A stretch of DNA of 64,000 bases from Desulfosoma sp. (GTDB lineage Bacteria; Desulfobacterota; Syntrophobacteria; Syntrophobacterales; DSM-9756). This document shows, one piece after another, positions 24,067 through 35,156 of this stretch; position 1 is the stretch's first letter, and the number at the start of each line of letters is the position of its first letter. The stretch is from positions 157,982-221,981 of the forward strand of contig JBBFKW010000005.1 of assembly GCA_037481835.1 (NCBI GenBank), in the 5' to 3' direction. A program made the translations under genes and the position numbers. Under the pieces are notes generated by a model. The model was not told the origin of the DNA. It saw only the letters and a program-made list of their open reading frames with translations, and made no database searches.

Positions 24067-24393
24067 ATGAAAGGATTCAATCCGCTCCAGCAGCTCAAGA
24101 CTTTTCAAAAACGATTGGCCCAAGTGCAAGAAGAACTGGCCCAGCGCACGGTGGAAGCCTCCGCGGGGGGCGGCATGGTGACGGCGACGGCCAACGGCCG
24201 TCAGGAAATTGTGAAGATCACCATCGACCGCCAGGTGGTGGACCCCGACGACGTGGAGATGTTGGAAGACTTGGTCACGGCCGCCGTCAACGAGGCTCTC
24301 AAGCGATCGCAGCAGATGATGGCCGAAGAAATCGGCAAACTGGCGGGCGGGGTCAATCTGCCGCCGGGCTTGAACATCCCGGGCCTTTTCTAG
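24067..24393 (+). CDS. ybaB: Nucleoid-associated protein YbaB/EbfC
   Basis: AGGGMV, EMLEDLVTAAVNEA; lies between dnaX and recR. Confidence 0.93.
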   Translation: MKGFNPLQQLKTFQKRLAQVQEELAQRTVEASAGGGMVTATANGRQEIVKITIDRQVVDPDDVEMLEDLVTAAVNEALKRSQQMMAEEIGKLAGGVNLPPGLNIPGLF

Positions 24394-24409
24394 GAAAGGA
24401 CGGGCTTTC

Positions 24410-25018
24410 ATGGTGACCAAAGCCCATCCTCCCGTTTTGAGGGAGCTCGTGCAAAGGCTGGCCAAGCTTCCGGGGATCGGGGAAAAGAGCGCCACGCGGC
24501 TGGCCATGTTCCTTTTGAAAGCCCCGGAAGAGTATGTGGAAGGCCTGGCGCAAAACCTGGTGCGCCTGAAAAAGGACATCCACACGTGTCCCGTGTGCTT
24601 TCATTTCACCGACGGGGCCTTGTGTTCCATCTGCGCGGATCCGGCTCGAAAGACCGGGGAGGTGTGCGTGGTGGAAACCAGCGCCGATCTTTTGGCCATC
24701 GAGGAATCCGGGGCCTTCAAGGGGCGCTACCATGTCCTGCAGGGGGCCTTGGCCCCTCTGGACGGGATCGGCCCGGACGACCTGCGCATTGCCGAATTGC
24801 TCCGCCGTTTGGAACAGGAAGACATCCGGGAGGTGATCCTGGCCACGAACCCCACGGGAGAAGGGGAGGCCACGGCCCATTATCTCGCCAGGCTCCTGGA
24901 AAAAAGGCCCGTTCGGGTGACGCGCATCGCCTCGGGAATTCCCATGGGCGGCGACGTCAAGTATGCGGACAAGGTGACCTTGGAAAGGGCCCTCCAGGGC
25001 CGCCGAAACGTGCAATAA
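24410..25018 (+). CDS. recR: Recombination mediator RecR
   Basis: LPGIGEKSA, C4 zinc finger, EVILATNPTGEGEATA. Confidence 0.96.
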   Translation: MVTKAHPPVLRELVQRLAKLPGIGEKSATRLAMFLLKAPEEYVEGLAQNLVRLKKDIHTCPVCFHFTDGALCSICADPARKTGEVCVVETSADLLAIEESGAFKGRYHVLQGALAPLDGIGPDDLRIAELLRRLEQEDIREVILATNPTGEGEATAHYLARLLEKRPVRVTRIASGIPMGGDVKYADKVTLERALQGRRNVQ

Positions 25019-25188
25019 GGCACAAAATGGCTTGACCCTCGACGGGCGGCGTCGTTATATACCCCTGAGTTGACGTGGGTCACACGGGGACGGGGACACA
25101 TCCATTGTGCCGCATCCTCCTTTTCCCCACAAAACCTTGCCGCGCCAGCGGTCCTGCCCTGAACCTGTAGAGACGACGGAGTATGTTT

Positions 25189-25737
25189 ATGGTGGAGATT
25201 CGTTTTCACGGTCGAGGCGGACAGGGAGGGGTCACGTCTGCGGAGCTGACGGCCCTGGCTGCCATTGAACAGGGCAAATTCGCCCAGGCCTTCCCGAGTT
25301 TCGGCCCCGAACGGCGGGGCGCTCCCGTGATGGCTTTCGTGCGCGTGAGCGATCAGCAGATCCGGACGCGGGAGAAGGTCTACAATCCCAATATCGTGGT
25401 GGTGCTGGACCCCACCCTGCTCCAGATCGTCAACGTGGAAGCGGGGGTGCCGGAAGACGGCATCATCATCGTCAACACGAAGCTCAGCCCGGCACAGCTG
25501 CGGGAGTCTCTGGGGTTCAAGCGCCGGCTGGCCGTGGTGGATGCGAGCACCATCGCCGTGGAAGTCCTTCGGGTGCCCATCACCAACACGACCATGCTGG
25601 GGGCGCTCATCAAGGCGACCGAGGTGGTGTCCATCGACGCCCTGCGCGGCCCCGTGGAAAAGCGCTTCGGGCCCATTGCGGAAAGGAACCTCAAGGCGTG
25701 TCTTCGGGCCTATGAAGAGACGGTAGTGGAGGGATAA
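25189..25737 (+). CDS. Pyruvate/2-ketoisovalerate:ferredoxin oxidoreductase gamma subunit
   Basis: EIRFHGRGGQG, FGPERRGAP, NTTMLGA. Confidence 0.92.
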   Translation: MVEIRFHGRGGQGGVTSAELTALAAIEQGKFAQAFPSFGPERRGAPVMAFVRVSDQQIRTREKVYNPNIVVVLDPTLLQIVNVEAGVPEDGIIIVNTKLSPAQLRESLGFKRRLAVVDASTIAVEVLRVPITNTTMLGALIKATEVVSIDALRGPVEKRFGPIAERNLKACLRAYEETVVEG

Positions 25738-25740
25738 GCC

Positions 25741-26034
25741 GTGGCCAAGGAAACGGGAGTGGTGAGCTGGAAGGAACTGGCCCTGGGGTGCACCTTGACG
25801 GAGCCTGGAACGGCGGCGCAGCTGAAGACGGGCGATTGGCGTTCCAAGCGCCCTGTGACCAACTACGAACTGTGCAACAAATGCGGCCAGTGCTACATCT
25901 TTTGCCCGGACATGGTCTATTCCCGGACGGCGGAGGGCTATTACGAGGCCAATTATTACTATTGCAAGGGCTGCGGCATCTGCGCCCGGGAATGCCCCAA
26001 GGACGCGATCCAGATGGTAGAGGAGGAAAACTGA
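25741..26034 (+). CDS. 2-oxoacid:ferredoxin oxidoreductase delta subunit (2x[4Fe-4S])
   Basis: TGDWRS; two CxxCxxCxxxCP. Confidence 0.92.
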   Translation: MAKETGVVSWKELALGCTLTEPGTAAQLKTGDWRSKRPVTNYELCNKCGQCYIFCPDMVYSRTAEGYYEANYYYCKGCGICARECPKDAIQMVEEEN

Positions 26035-26035
26035 G

Positions 26036-27211
26036 ATGGGCAAGAGAGTGGGAATGGAAGTCTCCATCGCGGCGGCCGAAGTGGTCGGCTTGTGCGATGT
26101 GGACGTGATCGCGGCCTATCCCATCACGCCGCAGACGCATATCGTGGAGCATCTTTCCGAGCTGGTGGCGGAAGGCCATCTGGATGCGGAATTCGTCCCG
26201 GTGGAATCGGAACACAGCGCCATGAGCACGTGCGTGGGGGCCGCCGCCGCCGGAGCGCGAACCTTCACGTCCACGAGTTCTCAGGGCTACGCCCTCATGG
26301 CCGAAATCTGCTACATCGCCTCCAGCCTTCGGCTGCCCATCGTCATGGCGGTAGCCAACCGTGCCTTGAGTGCTCCCATCAACATTTGGAACGATCATTC
26401 GGATATGATGATGGCCCGGGACACGGGCTGGATCCAGACGGTGGCCGAAAACGGGCAGGAAGTGGTGGATCTTCTGCTCCACGCCTACCGGGTGGCCGAA
26501 GACCCCCGGGTCCTTTTGCCGGTCATGGTGAACCTGGACGGCTTCACCCTGACGCACATGATCGAGCCCATCTGGCTTCCCGACAAGGAGGAAGTGGAAC
26601 GGTACCTTCCGCCCTACAAGCCGCAGCTGCGGCTCGATCCCCGAAATCCCATGACTTTCGGCCCCGTGGGCATGCCGGAAGTCTACACGGAAGCCAAGAA
26701 GGCTCAAGACGAGGCCATGAACGGGGCTTTGCCCGTCATCGTGGAAGCGTGGAAAGAATTCGAAAAGCACTTCGGTCGGGCCTATCAACCCGTGGAAACC
26801 TACAAGACGGATGGCGCGGAGATCCTCCTTTTGACCGTGGGAAGTGTGTCCGAGACGGCCATGACGGCCGTGGACAAGATGCGATCCGAAGGAAAGCAGG
26901 TGGGGTTGGTGCGCCTGAGGCTGTGGCGGCCTTTCCCGGCCAAGGAACTCGTGGATGTTCTCAAGCAGGCCAAAGCCGTGGCCGTGGTGGACCGGGCCAT
27001 GGCCTTCAGCACTCGAAGCGGGCCTTTGTGTGTGGAAGTCAAGGCGGCGCTCTACGACCACGGCGTGTCGCCCTACGTGCAGAATTTTATCGCCGGTTTG
27101 GGCGGCCGGGACGTCACCGTGGAAGACTTCGAGAAGATGGCGGCCAAGACGAGCGAAGGACTCGCCAAGGGCCTTCCCATGGGATACGAAATCGTGAATG
27201 TGAGGGAATAA
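26036..27211 (+). CDS. 2-oxoacid:ferredoxin oxidoreductase alpha subunit
   Basis: AYPITPQT, ESEHSA, GLGGRD. Confidence 0.93.
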   Translation: MGKRVGMEVSIAAAEVVGLCDVDVIAAYPITPQTHIVEHLSELVAEGHLDAEFVPVESEHSAMSTCVGAAAAGARTFTSTSSQGYALMAEICYIASSLRLPIVMAVANRALSAPINIWNDHSDMMMARDTGWIQTVAENGQEVVDLLLHAYRVAEDPRVLLPVMVNLDGFTLTHMIEPIWLPDKEEVERYLPPYKPQLRLDPRNPMTFGPVGMPEVYTEAKKAQDEAMNGALPVIVEAWKEFEKHFGRAYQPVETYKTDGAEILLLTVGSVSETAMTAVDKMRSEGKQVGLVRLRLWRPFPAKELVDVLKQAKAVAVVDRAMAFSTRSGPLCVEVKAALYDHGVSPYVQNFIAGLGGRDVTVEDFEKMAAKTSEGLAKGLPMGYEIVNVRE

Positions 27212-28201
27212 ATGGGCATCGCAGCGGAAGCACTCAAGGATTTCAAGGGGTTCAACCCGAAGAAGCTCCCCGAGGTGGAACCGCTTTCTCCGGGGCACCG
27301 GGCATGTCAGGGCTGCGGCGAAATTCTGGCGCTGCGCCAGGTGCTGAAGGCTTTGGGGGAAAACGTCATTGTGGCCAGCGCGACGGGCTGCATGGAGATC
27401 GTGACCTCGCCCTTTCCGCAGACGGCCTGGCGCGTGCCGTGGATCCACGTGGCCTTTGAAAACGCCGCCGCGGTCATCAGCGGTGTGGAATCGGCCTACA
27501 AGGCCTTGAACCGAAAGGGAAAAATCCAGCAGCCCGACGTGGTGTTTCTCGCCTACGGCGGAGACGGCGGCACGGCCGACATCGGGTTGCAGGCCCTGAG
27601 CGGCGCCTTGGAACGGGGGCATAACTTCATCTACGTGTGTTTGGACAACGAGGCGTACATGAACACGGGGATCCAGCGCTCGTCGTCCACGCCCTACGGC
27701 GCCATGACCACCACGTCGCCTCCCGGAAAGAAAAGCATCGGGCAGCGCACCTGGAAAAAGAACGTGGCCTATATCGCGGCGGCCCACGGCATTCCCTACG
27801 TGGCCACCGCTTCGCCCGCCTTCGCCCTGGATCTCATGAACAAGGTGAAGAAGGCGGCCGCCATCCCTGGGCCGGCTTATCTGCACATTTATTCCCCTTG
27901 CCCGACGGGATGGCGCCACGAGACGGATCTTGCCATCGAAGTGGCGCGCCTTGCAGTGCAAACCAAGGTGTTCCCGCTCTACGAGGTCATCGACGGCAAG
28001 TGGATCCTGTCGCGCAAGGTGGCCAAGCCCAAACCGGTGAGCGAGTATTTCAAGGTGCAGCGACGGTTCCGGCACCTGACGGAAAAGGACGTGGAAGAGA
28101 TCCAGCGGCGTGTGGACGAGGAATACGAGGAGCTGCTGCGCCGCTGCGCCATGAGCGGCGAGCCGGAAAAGCCGGAAAGCAAGGAAGCCCGGGAGGGTTG
28201 A
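27212..28201 (+). CDS. 2-oxoacid:ferredoxin oxidoreductase beta subunit (TPP-binding)
   Basis: [13 protein letters not shown]...[16 protein letters not shown]. Confidence 0.93.
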   Translation: MGIAAEALKDFKGFNPKKLPEVEPLSPGHRACQGCGEILALRQVLKALGENVIVASATGCMEIVTSPFPQTAWRVPWIHVAFENAAAVISGVESAYKALNRKGKIQQPDVVFLAYGGDGGTADIGLQALSGALERGHNFIYVCLDNEAYMNTGIQRSSSTPYGAMTTTSPPGKKSIGQRTWKKNVAYIAAAHGIPYVATASPAFALDLMNKVKKAAAIPGPAYLHIYSPCPTGWRHETDLAIEVARLAVQTKVFPLYEVIDGKWILSRKVAKPKPVSEYFKVQRRFRHLTEKDVEEIQRRVDEEYEELLRRCAMSGEPEKPESKEAREG

Positions 28202-28231
28202 GCCGCGGCCCCGTGATCTTGGGAATCTTTG

Positions 28232-28264
28232 AGGTTGGGGTTCGCTTCGCTCACCCCAACCTAC
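28232..28264 (-). repeat. GTAG-type REP-like palindrome
   Basis: Minus strand GTAGGTTGGGGTGAGCGAAGCGAACCCCAACCT: GTAG tetranucleotide at the foot of an imperfect hairpin. Confidence 0.65.
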
Positions 28265-28460
28265 GGCCTTGTTGGTGGGGGGTGCTGCGCGACCTAGCAC
28301 CGCGCCCGGCCGAGTCCCGCGGGCTAGGCTGGGAGAGCGGCCGCCCACACCGCCCTCGGCTCCGTCATCCCGGAGGACCGGGTTTCCCCTTGACAAGGGA
28401 GGGTTCCTTTGCTACTCAATCGCGGCGTTTGCAAGGCGCAATCCTTCCAGACGCCGTCGT

Positions 28461-28536
28461 TCCCCGGTAGCTCAATCGGCAGAGCGGGTGGCTGTTAACC
28501 ACTAGGTTGGCGGTTCGAGTCCGTCCCGGGGAGCCA
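28461..28536 (+). tRNA. tRNA-Asn (GTT); probable integration site of the prophage
   Basis: TCCCCGG/CCGGGGA acceptor stem, CT-GTT-AA loop, GTTCGAGTC, CCA; 76 nt. Confidence 0.96.
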
Positions 28537-28576
28537 AAATTCAATCCGCTGATTTCAGCGGTTCTCGTTTAACGCA

Positions 28577-28612
28577 AGACCCCGTGGGGTGATCCCCTCG
28601 GGGTCTCGTCGT
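28577..28612 (+). terminator. Hairpin downstream of tRNA-Asn, possible terminator
   Basis: AGACCCCG/CGGGGTCT stem with inner GGGG/CCCC; weak U tract. Confidence 0.45.
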
Positions 28613-28807
28613 TTCCGGCGTGCCCACGCCGACTTACGCCCGCCCGCACATTTACCCTGATTCTCCGTTTCGAAGCCCTCAGTCCGGGGGCCGGGTGCAA
28701 CCCTGGGGGCTGCGGGCGCTCATCGAAAATGTCTTTTCCGAATTCTCCCGTTCTCCGTTTTTCGAATCGCCTTGTTTAACGGCCCGGCTGCATCCGGACA
28801 CCCGTTT

Positions 28808-28837
28808 CGACATTTCGAACTCCCCTCCGGTAGGTAT
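28808..28837 (+). promoter_or_regulatory. Phage bipartite motif copy 1 (candidate phage-sigma promoter)
   Basis: CGAC-N14-TCCGGTAGGTAT. Confidence 0.7.
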
Positions 28838-29045
28838 CTGCCGAAAGCCGGATCAAGTGGTCCGGCGCAAGCGGATTACCAGACAGCGGGAACAGCCGTG
28901 AGATCGGAGACCGTTGTGGGTGCCGGCGACATCGCCCTCGGGCGGTGTCGAACGGGCTCCAACGGCCTTCTCGATGACCGGCCTATCCAGTCCCGCGGCA
29001 TCCATCACGGAACCCTTCCTCGGCCTCCCGCAAAAGGAGGACCGG

Positions 29046-29243
29046 ATGCCGGCCAACGAACACGTCCCAATCTCTCTCGACGAGGTGATATCGGAGATCG
29101 CCGCGATCCTGGCCCGGGGTTACATGCGCCATCGAAACGGACGCCGAATCGCCCCTGATTCCGGCAGTGGGGCAGAGCATGTAGCGCAAGTTGAAGAATC
29201 TGATGCGTTTACGGAGAAACGCCTTGATATTCCGGGCCACTGA
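29046..29243 (+). CDS. Small hypothetical protein of the recombinase module
   Basis: AAGGAGG RBS; EIAAILARGY helix. Confidence 0.55.
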   Translation: MPANEHVPISLDEVISEIAAILARGYMRHRNGRRIAPDSGSGAEHVAQVEESDAFTEKRLDIPGH

Positions 29244-29333
29244 AGCCTTCATTCATTCACGAGTTAACGCCCTGAGATTGCGGCGCGGACGGGCCGCCCG
29301 CAGGGCGAAGCCCATGAACCAAGGAGGTTTCGG

Positions 29334-29866
29334 ATGGAAGCAACAACGTATCAAGAGGTCCAGGGGCTCTCCCGGATGACCGTCGGAGAACTCCGGGACA
29401 AGTACCTCGAGGTCTTCGGAGAAGAGACCCGCTCCTACCACAAGGAGTTTCTTCGCAAGCGAATCGCCTGGCGCATTCAGGCTCTGGCGGAGGGTGACCT
29501 TTCGGAGCGGGCCCGGCGCAGAGCTGAGGAACTGGCCAATGACGCCGACCTGAGAACGCGGTCTCCGCGTGATCCGGTCGCCTCGGGTTCCGCCGAGGTC
29601 AAGGCGAGAACGGCGACCAGCCGCATATCCCCGTCGCACGACCCGAGGCTGCCGCTGCCCGGGACTCTGCTCGCCCGCGAGTTCCAAGGTCGCGACATTG
29701 TGGTCAAGGTACTCGACAACGGCTTCGAGTTCGACGGCCGACGGTACAAGTCCCTCTCAGCCGTCGCCAAGGAGGTCACCGGGAGCAAATGGAACGGGTT
29801 CCTCTTCTTCGGTATCGCCGATGCCGCGACCAAGGGCGGGAGCCGCAAACCCGAGAGGAGGAACGA

Positions 29867-29870
<4 letters not shown>
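29334..29870 (+). CDS. DUF2924-family protein
   Basis: FLRKRIAWRIQ, PGTLLAREFQG, YKSLSAVAKEVTGSKWNGFLFFG. Confidence 0.85.
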
Positions 29871-31479
<1,609 letters not shown>

Positions 31480-31483
<4 letters not shown>

Positions 31484-31911
31484 AAAATACCGCATCCGAC
31501 GGAACGGGACTGAGCCGGCTGGAGATCTCCTTCAGTTTCAAACCCAAGAACCGCAGGAAAAGCGACAACCATCCACACGAGGTAGACCGAACCATCGAGC
31601 CGGGGAATCTGCCCCGCATCTCTAAGCTGATGGCATTGGCAATCCGCTTCGACGGTCTGGTCCGGCGCGGCGAAGTGCGGGACTATGCCGATTTGGCCAG
31701 GCTCGGCTATGTGACGCGCGCACGCATCACCCAGATCATGAACCTGCTCAACCTGGCTCCTGACATCCAGGAGGCGATTCTCTTCCTGCCCCGGACGGTC
31801 AAAGGGCGTGACCGGCTTCGGGAGAAAGAGGTCCGTCCCATTGCTGCAGTTCCCCACTGGTCGCGTCAACGAAAGATGTGGGCAAAGCTGACCGCCGAGC
31901 GGATGAGCTGA
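31480..31911 (+). CDS. HTH-containing protein coupled to the recombinase
   Basis: ATGA overlap; DLARLGYVTRARITQIMNLLNLAPDIQE. Confidence 0.75.
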
Positions 31912-32024
31912 CGATCCTGCCCAAGGCAACTGGCAGCCTATCTATCCCCCCGTTCGATCGCCGATCTCTCTTCTCATTCCCGCCGGCAATTCCCCAAACC
32001 TCCTGATTCATGTACATTTTTCTA

Positions 32025-32053
32025 TTGACCTGACGCCTATCAGGTCGTATAAT
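32025..32053 (+). promoter_or_regulatory. Sigma70-type promoter with overlapping palindromic operator
   Basis: TTGACC-N17-TATAAT; GACCTGA-N6-TCAGGTC at 32027-32046. Confidence 0.8.
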
Positions 32054-32215
32054 ATCAGCACGTAACGTGGCCGTGGATCGCCCACCATTTCGCGGGATAC
32101 ATCCAGTGAACGAGCCGTTCTGGCGGTCATTTTGAAAGCCATCCGCGGATAGCAGCAAGTTTGTGGAGCCTGATCCCACCGTAGAGATAAGCAGGTAAGA
32201 AAGAGATAAGGAGCA

Positions 32216-33262
32216 ATGAAATTCACAGGATTCAAACCCGGGGTGCCTGCCGCATTAGGAGCGGCGCTACTCTTCGGTGGTGGCACCCCGCTTGCGAAAT
32301 TGTTGCTACATGGCGGCAATCCGTGGCTGTTGGCCGGCATCCTCTATCTTGGATCAGGTTTAGGCATCACTCTCTATCGTATGGTTCGCCGTATGCATGC
32401 CGGCAAACTGGAACATGAGGAATGGCGGTGGTTTGCAGGTGCGATTCTTGCCGGGGGTGTGGTCGGGCCGGTGTTATTGATGTTCGGACTTTCGGGGATG
32501 CCAGCCTCCGGCGCATCGCTACTACTTAATACAGAAGGAGTGTTCACGGCGCTTCTGGCATGGTTTGTATTCAGAGAGAATTTCGACCGTCGCATTGCAA
32601 TAGGGATGATCGCCATTGTCTCGGGCGCCGCTGTAATAAGTTGGCCGGAAGACGCTCATTTCTCCGCGGTCTTACCGGCCCTGGCGGTTGTGGGAGCTTG
32701 CCTGTCATGGAGCATCGACAACAATCTGACGTGCAAGGTATCGCATATCGATGCAACGTGGATCGCTTCCGTTAAAGGCCTTGCGGCAGGTGGAGTGAAC
32801 ATATGTATCGCCCTCGTACTGGGTGCGGACTGGCCGCCGTTGCCCAGCATGGCGGGAATGCTACTTGTCGGCTGTTTTTCCTATGGCATTAGCCTGATTC
32901 TTTTCGTGGTTGCACTGCGCCATGTTGGAACAGCCAGGACAGGTGCCTATTTCTCTATCGCTCCGTTTTTTGGAATGGCATTGGCAATCCCGCTTCTGGG
33001 TGAAGCGGTCGACGCACGTTTGATCATCGCTGGAACACTCATGGCATTGGGTATCTGGCTGCATTTGACCGAACGACACGAACACGAGCATGTGCACGAA
33101 GCGAAGGAGCATGAGCATGAGCACGCCCACGATTGTCATCACCAGCATGAGCACGGCGAGGGGAGCCAGCCTGTAACCAATCATAATCATCGGCACTATC
33201 ACGCGCCATTGGAGCATATTCATAACCATTTCCCTGATACCCACCACCGGCACGCCCATTGA
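32216..33262 (+). CDS. DMT/EamA family transporter with His-rich C-terminal tail (cargo)
   Basis: About ten TM segments, two EamA-like halves, HEHEHVHE...HFPDTHHRHAH; lower GC than flanks. Confidence 0.88.
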   Translation: MKFTGFKPGVPAALGAALLFGGGTPLAKLLLHGGNPWLLAGILYLGSGLGITLYRMVRRMHAGKLEHEEWRWFAGAILAGGVVGPVLLMFGLSGMPASGASLLLNTEGVFTALLAWFVFRENFDRRIAIGMIAIVSGAAVISWPEDAHFSAVLPALAVVGACLSWSIDNNLTCKVSHIDATWIASVKGLAAGGVNICIALVLGADWPPLPSMAGMLLVGCFSYGISLILFVVALRHVGTARTGAYFSIAPFFGMALAIPLLGEAVDARLIIAGTLMALGIWLHLTERHEHEHVHEAKEHEHEHAHDCHHQHEHGEGSQPVTNHNHRHYHAPLEHIHNHFPDTHHRHAH

Positions 33263-33293
33263 ACATGCCATTAGCAGAGGGTTGAGGATACAT

Positions 33294-33968
33294 ATGAGTC
33301 AAAGACCGCGAGGCAGACGCCCCGTTCATGAAATAACCGAGCCGCAACGCCGTACATTGAAGGAGATCCGCCTCTTCACGAACCGGCGGGGGTTCCCCCC
33401 GACCATGAAGGAACTCGCGGACATCCTCGGCATATCGCACGCCAGCGCCCACGGCCAGGTGAGCCAGCTTGTCCGCAAGGGCTATCTGAAGCGCGAACCC
33501 CGGAAGGCTCGTGGAATTGCGATTGTCCGCGAACCCGAGGACGACATCCCCGATCTTGTGGCCGTCCCCATCGTCGGCCGGGTGGCGGCCGGCCAGCCCA
33601 TCTTGGCCGAGGAGAACATCGTCGGAGAGGTGCTGGTCGAAGGCGGGATCGCCCGGGCAGGCCGGTGCTTCGCCCTGGAAGTGACCGGAGACAGCATGGT
33701 GGACGCCGGAATCCGGGAGCGTGACTTGGTGGTGGTACGACAACAGCCCGTGGCGGAGAACGGCGACATTGTTGTCGCGTTGTTGGAGGACGAGGCCACG
33801 GTGAAACGGCTTTTCATCCGTGACGAGAGAATCGAATTAAGGCCGGAGAACCCGAACCATCGACCGATCCCGGTGGGACCCGACGACGGGCTCCGCATCC
33901 TCGGCAAGGTCGTCGCCGTCAGGCGGCCCAGCTCGAACACTCAAACGCCGGGGACGGCCTGGCAATAA
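33294..33968 (+). CDS. lexA: LexA-like self-cleaving repressor (phage copy)
   Basis: GFPPTMKELA winged helix, VAAG cleavage site, GDSM Ser, ATVK Lys. Confidence 0.9.
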   Translation: MSQRPRGRRPVHEITEPQRRTLKEIRLFTNRRGFPPTMKELADILGISHASAHGQVSQLVRKGYLKREPRKARGIAIVREPEDDIPDLVAVPIVGRVAAGQPILAEENIVGEVLVEGGIARAGRCFALEVTGDSMVDAGIRERDLVVVRQQPVAENGDIVVALLEDEATVKRLFIRDERIELRPENPNHRPIPVGPDDGLRILGKVVAVRRPSSNTQTPGTAWQ

Positions 33969-33989
33969 GAAGCAAGGAGGAAATAACGA

Positions 33990-35156
33990 ATGGCAACGTA
34001 CAATCTCAGGCGTTTTGCCCATGCCGACGGCCTCAAGGCCATCGCGCGTGAGCATCTATTGGCTCTGCTGAACCCTCACAAGCCCTACTTCGACGGCCGA
34101 GGATTGACGTTGCCGTCGCCGTCCGCCTCCGACGGCATCGACTACGACCAACTCGTCAATGTGCTCATGAACCCGGATACGGACACGCCGAAGGGCCTGC
34201 TCGACGCACTCTACTTCGTGCATGAGATGGCCACGCCCGAAGCCATGGACGTCCTCCTCCAAGAGGCGGAGAACAATGGCATCTCTCTCGACGGGAACCC
34301 GGACCCCACCGCGGCCGACGTGGCCGTTCAGGTCTACCTGCAGAACAAGGACCTTCTCGAGCGCAAGCACGCCGAGCAGTACCTTTTGAAGCCCCGCTCC
34401 TTCGAGTATTTTCAGACCGATACACATCCGATCCCCAAGTTCAAACCGCCGACAGCGAAAGCGCTCGTGGCTCTGGAAAAGGACCTCGACGATTGGTTCG
34501 AGAAGAAGAAGCGCGGCAGGGGATCGAAGGTCTTCGTTTACCCCAAGAAGGATTCCGTGTGGTTTCTGGTGCGTCACGGTGATCCGTTGCGGCGTGAGGG
34601 CAGCCTCGACGGCGGTCAGGCTTCGAGCGTCTTCTACCGTCCAGAGAAATACGACGTGCTGGTTTACGAACCGACCATCGGCGAGATTCGAATGCACGCT
34701 TGTGGAAAAGGGGAAAAGGACCTCTTCCGCCGGCAGTTCGGCCGCCATGTGTTCAGCAAGGAGGATTTCTTCCCTGAGACCGGCAAATACACGCTCGAGC
34801 CGCTCCGGACCGACGGAGATGCCTCCGTCATTTGCACGGACGTGGACGGCATGGAATGGGTGCGGCTCAAGGAGATACAGTTTTTCTGGGGCGGCGCGGA
34901 GAAGGAGACCGAGATACGCAAGGCCAACGACGTGTTCGCCGCCTACGCCGGGCGCGGCCGCACCATGCCCCAGAAGGCACGGATCATCCGGGCGAGCTTT
35001 CAGGTGAAATTCACCGACTCCAAGACGGCCCGGACCGTGACCATCCGCCCATCGAACATCGCCCAGTACACCAGGGACAGTGACGCCTCCGTGGTCGAAG
35101 ACTGGCTCACCAAGCGCGGATTCATCCTTGCCGAGCAGGAAGACGATGAGGAATAG
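33990..35156 (+). CDS. Hypothetical protein (388 aa)
   Basis: AAGGAGG RBS, long ORF with element-typical codon use. Confidence 0.8.
   Translation: MATYNLRRFAHADGLKAIAREHLLALLNPHKPYFDGRGLTLPSPSASDGIDYDQLVNVLMNPDTDTPKGLLDALYFVHEMATPEAMDVLLQEAENNGISLDGNPDPTAADVAVQVYLQNKDLLERKHAEQYLLKPRSFEYFQTDTHPIPKFKPPTAKALVALEKDLDDWFEKKKRGRGSKVFVYPKKDSVWFLVRHGDPLRREGSLDGGQASSVFYRPEKYDVLVYEPTIGEIRMHACGKGEKDLFRRQFGRHVFSKEDFFPETGKYTLEPLRTDGDASVICTDVDGMEWVRLKEIQFFWGGAEKETEIRKANDVFAAYAGRGRTMPQKARIIRASFQVKFTDSKTARTVTIRPSNIAQYTRDSDASVVEDWLTKRGFILAEQEDDEE

Noticed and set aside
25691..28396. 901-aa minus-strand ORF
   Set aside because: Shadow of the oxidoreductase operon
28500..28560. att core duplication
   Set aside because: No second copy of the tRNA-Asn 3' end noticed in this window; attR would lie beyond it
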